From: Chlorokybus atmophyticus
Lineage: Eukaryota; Plantae; Mesostigma and Chlorokybus algae
Assembly: GCA_009103225.1 (NCBI GenBank)
Contig: RHPI01001037.1
Coordinates: 962,912-1,026,911 of the forward strand
Length of the DNA: 64,000 bases
Direction: 5' to 3'
Each line of letters starts with the position of its first letter. Within the stretch, counting starts at the first letter, position 1. Below, in pieces: positions 52,781-64,000 of the stretch. The notes below the pieces were generated by a model, which saw only the letters and a program-made list of their open reading frames with translations, did no database searches and was not told where the DNA came from. The translations under genes and the position numbers were made by a program.

Positions 52781-54068
52781 ATGGCGGCGGCGGCAGCGGT
52801 GTCGGCGGCGGTGCTGGGGTGGTCGCGATTGTCTTCATCGTCGCTAAAGCGTAGGGTTGGGGTCGTACGAGCTGCAGCGGGCGGCAAGGGGGGATTTGGC
52901 GCAGGGCCGAAGCAGAAGCAGGCGTGCCCGCTGGGCCTCGCCCCTTACGACCAGTGCTGCGGGCAGTTCCATGCTGGGAAGGCTCTCCCGCCCGATGCCA
53001 AAACCCTGATGCGTGAGTGCTGGTGTTTGTGTTGATGTTAACAATTCAACTTAGTTGAGGCTCAGTCAGCAGCATTCTGGGTGTTGCAGCTGCTGTTGGT
53101 GCAATTGACGAGTAGTTGATGTCAATCGCATTGCGACTGTGAGTGTGCATTGCTGTTCGTGCGAGTCAACTTACTTGCTGATTCCAGTAAATCAAGCCAG
53201 TACAGTTTCAAGCAGCAGCACATTGGCTTTGGACCAGCAGCTTCGGCACATGACGAATAGTTGACACGTCAATTGCGGCTGTGAATGTGCATCGTTGTAC
53301 TTACAAGTCAACGTACTGTGTTTCGCGGCTGCGAAACACACTTTTGTGACACATGCACAGTTTACCACTTCCCTTGCTGCTGGGTATGCGCTTTGAGACG
53401 GCAACGTTGGTTTTTCTTTCTTTCTTCCTTCCTGCCTTGGCGCTTGTGCCATTGTGTGGAACTCGTTGCAACTACGTCATGAACCCTAAGTCATAAACCC
53501 ATCTCTTCTGTTGACAGAGAGTAGGTACTGCGCATATGAGCGTGGCTTAGCTCAGTACATTGTTGACACGACGCATCCGGAGCACCCGGACCTCGCTGGT
53601 AAGTGTTGTCTCAACAGCACCCTTACTAGTGTCTTCAATTATGAGTCTTGGGCTTATTCTTGGGCAATGCAGAGGGGAACAACAAGCTGAAAGACGATGT
53701 CAAGCTCACCATTGACCTTGTCAAGTTCACCGGGTTTGAGATTAAGAATTACGAGTATGAGCCCGAATCTACTGAGGTGTGCATTGCTAGACCCATGGTT
53801 ACGCTGAGTGTGCTACAGATGATGATATGGATTGTTTGCTCATGAAAAACCCTTCTTGCAGGCATTTGTGACTTTTGATGCAACATTCACTACGGGCAAA
53901 GGCAAGAGGAAGGTTCAGGGCAAGAGTTCAGAGCGAAGCCGGTTTGTCAAGGAGGGCGACCGTTGGTTGTTCAGGGACTCGACGGAGAAGGACACCAAGT
54001 ACACGGCACTCCCGGCCACTAAGAACAAGTCTGCGGACAATGTCGCACCCTATGAAAGGGCATTCTAG
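52781..54068 (+). CDS. YchJ/UPF0225-like protein (Cys cluster + NTF2-like fold) with predicted plastid transit peptide, spliced
   Basis: CPLGLAPYDQCCGQFHAGKALPPDAKTLM.SRYCAY, YIVDTTHP, AFVTF, ERSRFVKEGDRWLF. Confidence 0.88.
53106..53340. repeat. Diverged direct repeat (about 70 bp x2) plus a perfect 10-bp hairpin in YchJ intron 1
   Basis: TGACGAGTAGTTGA..GTCAACTTACT (53106-53175) versus TGACGAATAGTTGA..GTCAACGTACT (53251-53317). TGTGTTTCGC-GGCT-GCGAAACACA (53317-53340). Confidence 0.75.
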
Positions 54069-54353
54069 GGAGCATCTGTTGAGACAACAGTTGTGTGTGC
54101 ACATTTGTACCAGTCAAGCAGTCTGTACTATTCCTTATTTTTGGTGGTCAACATTGTTGTGACTATTCTACTCGTGGAATTTAACATTAGGCAGTTCAAT
54201 TATTCTGTCTAAGCACTCGCGCTCTAGCGTCCACGGATGCCTGTCTGCGAACCGTATGGTAGTTGTTGAAGGCCTGCGCGAGGAGGAGTCTTAGTTAGTT
54301 GGTGTTAGTTAGTAAGCAACTGGCCTGACTGAAGCAAGGGCTAACACATGGAG

Positions 54354-56874
54354 TCAGTCACGACGTGTGTACCTTCTGTTGTAGTAGTAGCCATTCCCTT
54401 GTGAAAACCCGTAAATGTCAACCTGAGGCACGCCCCGGCAGGTAAGCGACAGAAGATACGCACGTGTCTTCAAAGCAAGTGACGCGCACATGTGTGCGGG
54501 TACACGTGCGCGCGTGTGTGTGTGTGAGAGTGCATGCACGTGTGTCTGTGTGCATGTGTGTGCATGTGTGTGCGCACTCGTGCATGCTTATGTGCGTGTC
54601 TGGATGCGTGCCTTTGTGCAGAGGTGCATAGCGAGCACAATGCCGAGGAAGCCTGTGGACATCTTAGTGCGTGGCGCGCCATTGACCAGCTTCGCCTTAA
54701 ACCCCGTCTTGCGGAACATCGACCAGTGGTACTTTGTGTACTCTTCGTGCAAAGTTTTGCCCAAGTTAGATCATGAACTGTTGCAATGCATGGACGCGTT
54801 GAACACGCTCTACCATTAAATTGCGGGGCGAGGCTGGCATAGCGGCAGCGGGACATCTTCGGGAGCGCAAACCCACGCATGATGCACAGCTCCTTGGCGT
54901 TCTCACACCACCCTGGCGACAGAATCAACGAGGTTTGTTTGTACCATCCTATGTTATCACATGCCTAAAAGCATCCCAGCATACTATAAGCATCCTGTAA
55001 CATATTCTCACCCATGCGCTCTGGGTTCTGCAACCGGATGCTTGTCTTGCTGCCCGCATACTTCTCATAACTGTGGTGCTTAGGGCATCAGTGGTACTGC
55101 GATAGTCGTCATCACTGCTGCATCAGTGAGCGAGTACTATGTCTCCCTTATGTGAGTCACTTACCCCTTTGTGGGGGCCCGGTTGAAGCGTATGACGGCG
55201 GTGTGCTCGTCAATGTCCTTCCCGTGCGGCCGCTTGGCCAGCGAGTCCGAGGAGCCCACCACCGCGCACGTCGTGAAGTCGTACAGCTGCATTGCGTGTG
55301 CACATGCATGTGTCACTGGCTGCACATGTGTGGTTGCACATGCGTGTGTATGTGCGTAAGTATTGATTGGCGTGGGTAGGTGCGTGGGTGGGTGGGTGCG
55401 CGTGTCTGTCATGATGCGTTGCTACTCGTGCCTTTGGGAGGTCTTCGTTGAGCAGCAGAGTCTTGCGTATGTGCACGCTGTCCGCGTTGTTCAGCACGAG
55501 CTCATTGCGCTTGCTGATGATGTACTCGTTAAGCTGTGTGCCTGCATACACACACCCGCATACGTCAGCACACACACGCAGGTTTCCCACCCAAACTGCC
55601 GCATGTAGCCAACAACAACAACCACCACACCCACAACCACCACCAGCACAACAACAACAACTACAACCACCACAACCACAATCACAACGACGATGACGAC
55701 GACGACCTCCGCACCAGGTGCGATAGAGTCGAGGTCCATATCAACAGCAAAGTTGGCGCCGTTCGTCTTGCTGTAACTGCTTGCCCTGTTCATCCGCTTC
55801 GCCAGGGCGAACAGCTCCCTCGCATCGATCGCCTACTTGATGACAAACACGACACAACGGCGTTGACAACAACGATGCTATGTATGTACTGTATCAGTCC
55901 TAGCAGCTTTGTCTCAACGTTCGAACAAACACACTACCTGCATTGGGGTTAGGCACCAAGGCTCCACCAAGGTAGGCTGGACATGAAGAAAGACACAACC
56001 AACGAGTTAGCACAACACACGGCAGAGTGGCCTGACGCTTGCTGCAGTGTGATAGTTGACGTGTGAAAGGACCTTGGATGGTCAATGCAATATCACCGCA
56101 TACTGCAAGTCATGCGTCACACACACATGCACGCATGTATGTGTGATGTTGCATTGCATGACAGTATGCGTGCAAGTGTGTGTAAACGTGCGCACACAGA
56201 CACATACATACATGCGTGAGTGCGACATTGCAATGCAGTAGGCTTGCACGCGTAATCATGCACATTCACACGCATGCACTCATGCTGCAATGCAATGTCG
56301 TGCACACAGACACACAAAGAGACAGAAAACCGCACACACCAACAGAAAACGTGCAGGCACGCAAGCGCTGCTCACTCTCCTCCTTACCGTTGTGCACGAC
56401 TCATCTCCCTGCCAGATCACCGGGCACTTTGCCTTGCTCTCACTGGTATCACTGCTTGAAGCACTGCCCCGCGCGTTGCTCTTCCCTACGGCAGAACACA
56501 TGGCATGTTGTTATCACTGTATTGCAATCTTTATATACACACCAAGGCCACGCAATCAAGTGCTCAGCGCTGCGTATTGCCACTGTACACAACTTGAGAA
56601 TGACGTGCTCAGTATCTACATAACCAATTTTCTGATGGTCTAGCTTAGTGTGGATCCAAAAGTGTTGAGGAGTATAATGTGCACAGTATAACTCTTGTTG
56701 ATTGTCTGTGTTGCTACCACTTCTCCAGTCCATCCCACCTCCAGCAGCTCCAACCGCCTGCACGCCAACGCCAGCTCCAAGCAGCTCGCAGCCCAGCAGC
56801 AGCACCGCCAGCCACACCCTCAAGTTGACCACCGATCTGTCCCTAGCGCACCTCGTGGGCGATCTCCCGTCCAT
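54354..56874 (-). CDS. GT29 sialyltransferase-like glycosyltransferase, spliced
   Basis: N-terminal hydrophobic anchor VWLAVLLLGCELLG. Sialylmotif L: CAVVGSSDSL...[29 protein letters not shown]. Sialylmotif S: MSTGFLGIVLAMHLC.KVDIYGF. Terminal GYYYNRR. Confidence 0.9.
55605..55710. repeat. (AAC/CAC)n trinucleotide-rich tract in a GT29 intron
   Basis: CAACAACAACAACCACCAC.. run, immediately after the GTGCGG donor on the minus strand. Produces spurious poly-V/poly-Q ORFs. Confidence 0.85.
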
Positions 56875-57123
56875 CCTTGCCGCCGCCGCCGCCGCCTGCT
56901 GATGGCGCACACGCTGCTGCTGATGCTGCAACTGTTGGCCTAGCAGCGATATACACAGTTTAGAACAAGTATGTCGGAACTTGCTGCTGAAAAACATAAA
57001 GCTATCAAGCTAACGTGTAGTCGATATCAGCAGGTCACGTGAGTTGCTGTGCTGCAAGCTTCGACGCCGTGCCACGTGGCGGTGCCACTGCCGCGGCGGC
57101 GGCGGCGGTGGCTGTGCGCAGCT

Positions 57124-58248
57124 ATGGGTGTGTTGGATGGAGGCGCTGCGGCGGCGGCGGCGGCCAAGGATGTGCATATCTATGTGCCGGCGTGCCTGGC
57201 GGAGGCGTTCAGGGCGGCGGCGCAGACGGCTCTGCTGGAAGCAGGCGAGTGCATTTCACCATTGTCAGCTGTTCTTAACTCGTGTGTTATAGCCTATCAC
57301 AGACGGATCATCACCTTACGTACCAATACGCAGTGAAAATGGTATACTTGTTGTTCCCATAGCTTCCAGTTTCAGTTCAGGGGTGGTGTCGAAACCAGGC
57401 AGTGCAGTCAAGACATCACCAACATTGCTACGCTGTGTTTGTGCAAATGTAAACGTCAAACATGATTGAACCAAAAGTTCAGTGAGTGGCAGTTCATAGA
57501 AGTGGAGACACTCTACTTGTGCAGTTGTGATGTTGTGTGATATGCACGTATGCAAGCTGTTTGGCCAGTAGTGTTCTTTGGGACGTACACTGAGACCGTG
57601 CAGTGCAATGCATGATATGCGACCCGTGTCATGACCATGAGAGCCATCCAACCAGTTGACACTGACAACTACGTGCAGGCTGTCCGGAGTCTCTTGTTGG
57701 GGACCTGACGACACTGGAGCCAACAGGATTCATTGCTATAAGACTACAGCCCACGTTTATGTAAGGCGGACGATAATACTGTTTGCGCGCTTGCGCGTGT
57801 GCGCTCTTATGTTTGTGCGTCAATGTTCGAGTGTGTATATATGGGCTTTCTTTTGGGGTATGCGCTTGTGTTTTTGTGCACCGACACGTGTATGCACACT
57901 TGCTTGTATCACCTGACCCATCCTCACATTCACCCTCCCTCTCTCTCATGCTGTCCGCAGTGAGATGGACGGCGACGCACTGTCGGGCTTCGAGTACCCG
58001 TCCTACCCGCAGGGCCTCGTCCTCCGGCCCCTACGCACAAGCACCCACCCCATCACTGCCCACGCCCCACGTACGATGTTGTGTTGTTTACACATGAACG
58101 CACGCCCACGCACATGCACAAGCACACGCACACAGGCCTAACCACACTTCACGCGCCACAGCCGTGCCTACCCGGATCAAACGCCGCGTCGGGTTGGAGC
58201 CAGCATCTGTCCGCAAAGCCTTTGCATCCGAGCAGGCAATAGTAGATA

Positions 58249-58286
<38 letters not shown>

Positions 58287-61200
58287 CATGATGCACAACC
58301 CACATGACATACTTCTGCACTCCACTCAACCACACAACAACCCCTCACTCTCTCGGTTTCATCAGGCTCGGTGGGCAATGGCGATGGAGTCGAGCCCCGG
58401 CCGCCTCTACCGTCTCACCCTCCACTCTGACCACCACCACTACAACAACACCACCTCCAACCCCAACAAGGTCCTCTCGGTCCTTTCCGTCGTGGGCGGC
58501 GGCATGAGCGCGGTGCTGACGCGCCTGTCCGACGCGGTGATGACGCACAACGCCGGGCGGACGTGGGACGTCGAGGCGCTCGAGGCGCACGGGAGACGGA
58601 AGCCGTGCGCGATCGGGTGCAGGTGGGTGTGGAGTAAGAGTGGGCACTGTACTCACTGCTACCGTGGCAAGTTTCTTTCTTTCTTACAACTGTACTCTTC
58701 TAAACTGCAGGGTACTCAGCTGTGTTTGCTGTAGTATGGTATTAAAATCACGCTGCAATACGCATGTGTAGCACACAACCAAGATGTGCTACAGGTATCA
58801 GTGATACGACAAGTAGTCGCACGTGCGCACACGCATGCGTGCACGCACTCACCCCCCACCCACCCCCATTCACCCGCACACACACGCACACACTTCTCCC
58901 CCAGGTGTCCCCTCGCTCCCTACACCGACGAGTCCATCCGCGCCGTCTCCGCCTCCTGCCTCATCCAGTCCGCCTGGCGCGCCCACCGCACGCGCCAAGC
59001 GACTCGTGTGTGGTTAGCCGCCGCGGCGGTTGGGAGAAGAGCCGCCGTGGCGATCCAAAGGGCGTGGCGCACGTCGGTCTTTGCCGGCCGCATAGAGATG
59101 CTTGCGTATGCGAGAGGGGTGTATAGGGGGGTGAGGACCAGGGCGTTGAGGGTGTCGGTGCAGTCGGTTTCTGTGCTACCTGTACTACGCTTTCACCAAC
59201 CGGAGAAGATACCAGCGCACAAAGTGTCGTCTGCACTCTCACCCGCTCTCTCACCCACCCTCTCACCCCCTCTCTCACCCTCTTCTGAGAGCGAAAGAGT
59301 CGATGTATCATCTCCCGCGCCCGAGCATCGTGCGAACGTGTCGAGCGGGTTCTGTCGGGAGCAGCGCGTGCGTTGGGGTCTCGCGTTCGACGGACGGGTG
59401 TTTATTGCTGCTGAGAGAGAGAAGAAGAAGGAGAAGGAGGAGGAGGTGGGTGGCGTGGAGGAGGAGAAGGAGAAGGAGAAGGACAGTCACAAGAACAGGG
59501 AGAGGGAGAGGGAGAAGAGCGGGAGGAGGAAGGAGGAGGGGGAGGGGAGTAAGACGCAGGGGAGGGCGGGACTACCCAAGTGGCTCGGCATCGGTATGTT
59601 GGGTTTGCTTTGAAGAGAGAGGCTTGTGACAGTGAGTACACGGTAACAACAACATGTGCATGTGTGTGGTTCAGGTGTGCCGGTGAGGGCGCCAGCGAGG
59701 ACGAAGCTCTACACGCGCGCTCAGGCGATGCGTCTGGCGTTCACGGAGGCTCAGTCCGCACGCTTGCTCACACTCGCAACGGAGTTTCACAACACAGACC
59801 AGACACAACACGGCGACAACGACAACAACCACCCGTTGGAGGCCACGCAGGCCATTGTGGCCAAGTTCTTCTCCGTCGAGGAGGCCGCGCGTCGTGCAGC
59901 TCTGTTGGCGCTGCTCACGTGGGATCCCCGTTTGCGCGTGGGGGTTGTGCTGGAAGACGTCGATCAGACGGGTCTCATGGTGGCCGCCACAATACGCAAC
60001 AACAACAACAGTAACAACAAACCCAACATCAAGAGCAACAACAACGTGGCGTCATTGTCGCCGGCCCAGCCCCGAGCCAACATGTACTTCATGGACGAAC
60101 ACGCGCACACCTCGCCGTCGACTCCAACGCAGCTCTCTCCCCGCACGCACGCGCATGTGGGTTTTGGTACGACTACTAGTGTGGGTGGTGGTGGTGCTGC
60201 CCAACATGAAGCCAGCAGATACGCGTTGTCTATCCCTGACAGCGATGATGGCGCGACGACGTACTTCAACCATGCGTCCACAGAGGCCGCATCCACAAGC
60301 TACCAATATGCCCATCTCCCACGCCAGGTTAGTAGTAGACAAGGTCCCACTCTCTATCGCAACCACACTTGAGCAAACTGCGCTCACACACACACACGCA
60401 CATACGTGCGTGTGTGTGTGTGCGTGCACGTGCATGTGCGCGTGGACATGGGTGTGGGTGTGCGCGCGTGCACCCGTGTGTGTACGTGTGCCAACTATCA
60501 TGTCTCTCAGGTGAGGAGAGTGGCCAGGCGTCTTCGTTGGCTTGCTGAGCCCATGTACGCTTCCGATGGTTCCCTCAACGTGCGCGCCCTCGTCCCCTAC
60601 GACTCCCCTCTCCGCCGCTACGCCAGCACCGGCGACATGTACATGGACGACAACATGTACTCCATCCACAACAACCCTCTCCTCCCGTACCACCAACTCA
60701 GCTCCCTCTCCCTCGCCAGCGCACTCGACCCAACCCGACGCATACTGCGCGCACATGCCCACACAAGGAGACGCGAGTCCGATCCCGGTGAACACACGCA
60801 CACGTATGAGTTGGATGGGCCAGAGAGGTGGCTCGAGGCCAGGGGTAGGAGGACGTATGGGGGTGGGGAGGGGGGACATGTGGGCATGGGGATGGAGGAT
60901 GTGATGATGATGCAGCCGAGCGTGAGAGTGAGCAATGCCAACGCGGCGGAAGCGATCAGAGTCATGCATGCGACGTCGTGCGCGCAAGTGATGAGCAGGC
61001 AGGCGTTGGAGGTGAGGCGTGGGTGGGTGGGAGTGGGTGTGGGTGTGGGTGTGGGTGTGCGTGTGTGTGCGCGTGTGTGAGCACGCGTGTGTGAGTGACT
61101 GTAAGTGCGTGTGTGCGCGTGCGTGTACGCATGCGTATGTGAGCTTAGCAGATACAACTGTTTTGCACACACACACACTATTGGCTACAGGGCGAGTTAA

Positions 61201-62857
61201 TGCGGAGGCGGGCTCAGGAGGCGAAGGAGAGCAGCGAGCAGCGGTCGCTTGCCCGCGAGCGCGACAGGAAGCGCGCGTCGGAGGAGCGGCTGCAAGACAG
61301 GAGGGAGGTCGAGGCCGCCGAGCGCGAGCGTCTGCGCAACGAACGCGAGCGGGAGCGAGAGGCCAATCTCCTCTTCACCAACGAATTGCGACAGAGAATG
61401 GAGCGAGCAAGACGGGAAGCGGCAGAGTCTCTTACCTCCACGAGGAAGGTAGCATACTGTATGTGGAGTAACGTAGTTTACACAACTACCCTACTTCACC
61501 ATACCTATGCACCATGCAACCATGCAACCATGCAACACTCAGACACTGTGCATGCATGTGTGTCTGCGCGTGTGTGTTTGTGCCGGGTGTGTACACGTGT
61601 GCATGTCCCGCTTGTTGCATGTGACAGACACTTTGTCTCTGGCAGACGCACGCAATGCAAGAGGTGCGTGAGCGTGCCGCCCGTTCCATGGCCATCGATC
61701 GCGAGGTCGTCCACGCCATGCGCGAGCGCTCTCAGTTGTGCGAGTCCCTCAAGCACGCTCTCTCCTCACGTCGCTGCGCCCACGAGGCCGCGACAACGCT
61801 CGCTATCAAACTCGGCGGGAGGGGCAACGCTATGGCTCGGGCGATATCAATCGCAAGGGAGAGTTTGTCAAAGAGGAGGCGTGATGAGAATGCGAAAGAG
61901 GTGGGGAGAGAAAGGTTGGATGCAGAGTGGACCCGATGCGCGCGGGTGAAGGAGATGAGAGATGCGATGAGGGAGAAGAACAATGCACTCGCGCGAGAGA
62001 TGGGCGATCGACTCGACGAGGAGAGAGAGATGCACAAGAACAACAACATGCACAAACTCAACATGGATGCATCACTCCTCGCTCACTCCCCGGCCACGCT
62101 CACCATCCTCACGCCGGATGTATCGGAAATCGTCCCCGACTACAACGCCGATAGTGGACACGCCGCGGGTAGGTACAGAGGGAAGCCGCTGCGCTACGAC
62201 GAGCTCGATAAACACTTGCTTGGGGAGAGGCCGAGGTCTGTTATCGCTGTGGAGAGGAGTAGTGATAGAGAGTGCGGGCAGATAAGAGCAACATTGCCAT
62301 GTGGCAAGGTTGTGGAGGAGGAGGAGGAGAGGGAGTGGGAGGAGAAGGAGAGGGAGGAGAAGGAGAAGAGGGAGAGGGAGAGGGAGAGGGAGAGGGAGAA
62401 GGAGGTGGAGGTGGAGGAGGAGGAGGAGGAGGAGGAGAGGGAGAGGAAGGAGGAGGTGAAGACGGAGATGGACACAGAGAGGGAGAAGCAGGAGCAAGAC
62501 GAGGCAGAGGGAGAGTTGGAGGTGGAGGAGATGTTGAAAAAGTATGGCGTGTTGGGTCTTGGGAAGGGAGAGGGGAGGCATACCGACGGCGAGTCAAGTC
62601 CGGGTGACAAGCAACGGGATAATTATTTATCGAACAGCAGCAGCAACAAAAACAACAAGCACGTGAGGCAGCAGCAGTCCCAAGCAAAGAACAGAAGCAA
62701 CAACAACAGCAGCAGCCACAAGCGTGACAGCAACAGCAGTGGCGGTGCGAAGGTTGTCACCATTGGAGGTGCGAAAGAGCTGTCATCGCAGCTGCCGAAG
62801 CGGCGGGTCCTCGTGTCACCGATGCCTGCTGCTTGGGATGCGCCTTTGGACGACTGA
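57124..62857 (+). CDS. Large IQ-motif and coiled-coil protein, spliced; exon structure uncertain
   Basis: Two IQ-like motifs LIQSAWRAHRTR and AIQRAWRTSVFAGR (about 58960-59090). RLYTRAQAMRLAF, RRVARRLRWL..MY. Long E/R coiled-coil exons at 61200-61450 and 61650-62050. Stop TGA at 62855-62857. Confidence 0.65.
59236..59283 (+). repeat. Exonic 12-bp tandem repeat x4 encoding (LSPx)4
   Basis: CTCTCACCCGCT CTCTCACCCACC CTCTCACCCCCT CTCTCACCCTCT = LSPA LSPT LSPP LSPS. Confidence 0.85.
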
Positions 62858-64000
62858 ACTCGACAGCAGCAGCATGTTTGGTTGTTTGGAGCTAGAGCTG
62901 GTTATGTAGGAAAAGAGCGCTGTATTGTTGCGTGGATGTACAGTAGTTGAACGTGCAATGCAGTTTTGTGCGGACTAGGGTCCGAATATGACGCCGGGTC
63001 TCGCAAAGTGGCTTGCTTGTCATTGCCATGCTTTGCAGTGTTCTGCCTAGCAATTCTCATCTGCGGGTAAGAGCGTCAACACTTGAGCAAGCTGGTGATT
63101 GCATTTTGTGCGGCACAGTCGAGCGCATAGAGTTTTTAGGCAAGAGTGCCGTGCCTGTTGCTTATGCAGTTATTCAAGCCGCAAGGAACTCTTAAAAGCA
63201 AGCCTGAGCTCCACGGTGAGCTCCACACGTATACGCAGTGTGCGTTTGAGTGAGTTAAGGTCCAACGACTTGATCATGTGACGTTGTGAGTTATGGCTCA
63301 TGATGATGGCTTGAGCCACCACCAAAGCTTTAATGTTCGGTGTCAACAACCGCAAACAAGGCGCTGCTGATGAATTGTTTCCCTCCCTCGTGTGGGCATG
63401 TCCATACCAACGCTCAGCACTTGCCAATACCACGAACCTCTATATATGGCATACAAGTGTCCCAAATAGCCTGCATGAGGATGTGTCGTCGTTGTCGACT
63501 TGAAAGACCTCTCAACCTGACCTCTGCCTCTCTCATGCATTCCACAGGTTGTTGTTGCTCCCTTCTTGCTCACCACCCGCTTGCCCCTGCCATGCATGCT
63601 GCCTAAGGGTCTTAACTTGCTATGCAGTCTGTAAGAGATCAAGTGAAAAGCTCTGCTTGGGCCCCGCGTCTAATTGGTTGCCTGCCTCTGTGTCTGGGAC
63701 TGCTGCTTGGCATGCTAGCACAACTATCGCACAGAGTGTGCCTCGCGCAACTTTTATGTGTGTTATGTGTCTTCACATCAACAATTAAAGTATGTTTGTA
63801 TAAACTAGCTTTTAACACTGTCAGCATTTCCGCGTACACGCGTATGCGTGCGCCGCTCGCAGTGAGCGCGTGCGTGCCTGTATGTGTCTTGGAACGGTGA
63901 GAGTCTTGGGAGGCTTGACTGCATTAAAGTGGCAATTGCACACGCATGCATGCAAACAAAATAATATTTACATCGTAGAAACTAGACGTGCGCCCGTGCC

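Noticed and set aside
55491-55793. Poly-Val hydrophobic stretch resembling a TM segment
   Set aside because: Intronic (GTT)n repeat following a splice donor.
60052-62687. Several long minus-strand ORFs (374, 186, 169, 148 aa)
   Set aside because: Antisense shadows of low-complexity exons and (TG)n introns, with no recognisable motifs.
62900-64000. Minus-strand ORF fragments (e.g. 63170-63433) as a further gene
   Set aside because: No recognisable motifs or consistent splice chain within the window.

Overview
Eukaryotic nuclear DNA from an intron-rich green-lineage alga (Viridiplantae). The species or class cannot be determined from sequence alone. Because genes are split by many short GT-AG introns, most of the ORF track is noise, so I rebuilt genes by joining exon peptides; spans run start codon to stop codon and internal exon limits are approximate. 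Gene order: Hikeshi/OPI10-like (-), sucrose-phosphatase (+), BCKDH E1-alpha (-), four intronless F-box-like paralogs (one intact, three disrupted), SCO1 (-) with an 82-codon membrane-protein ORF ending 35 nt upstream of it, RRP36 (+), mRNA capping enzyme (-), pirin (+), RRP15 (-), DUF1802 (+), class I TPS (-), MCM7 (+), half-size ABCD transporter (-), YchJ-like (+), GT29 sialyltransferase-like (-), and a large IQ-motif/coiled-coil protein (+). The best candidate for an unusual system is a bicistronic smallORF-SCO1 unit with leaky-scanning hallmarks. Other highlights are a birth-and-death F-box-like array with an unrecognised C-terminal domain and a perfect fold-back palindrome at its duplication junction, a pirin with two alternative N-termini, an SPP with a transit-peptide-like extension, a decayed organelle-type tRNA-Leu(CAA), and near-perfect strand alternation of transcription units. 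I found no rRNA, CRISPR array or intact transposon. There are two assembly gaps (15803-15971 and about 41229-41238).
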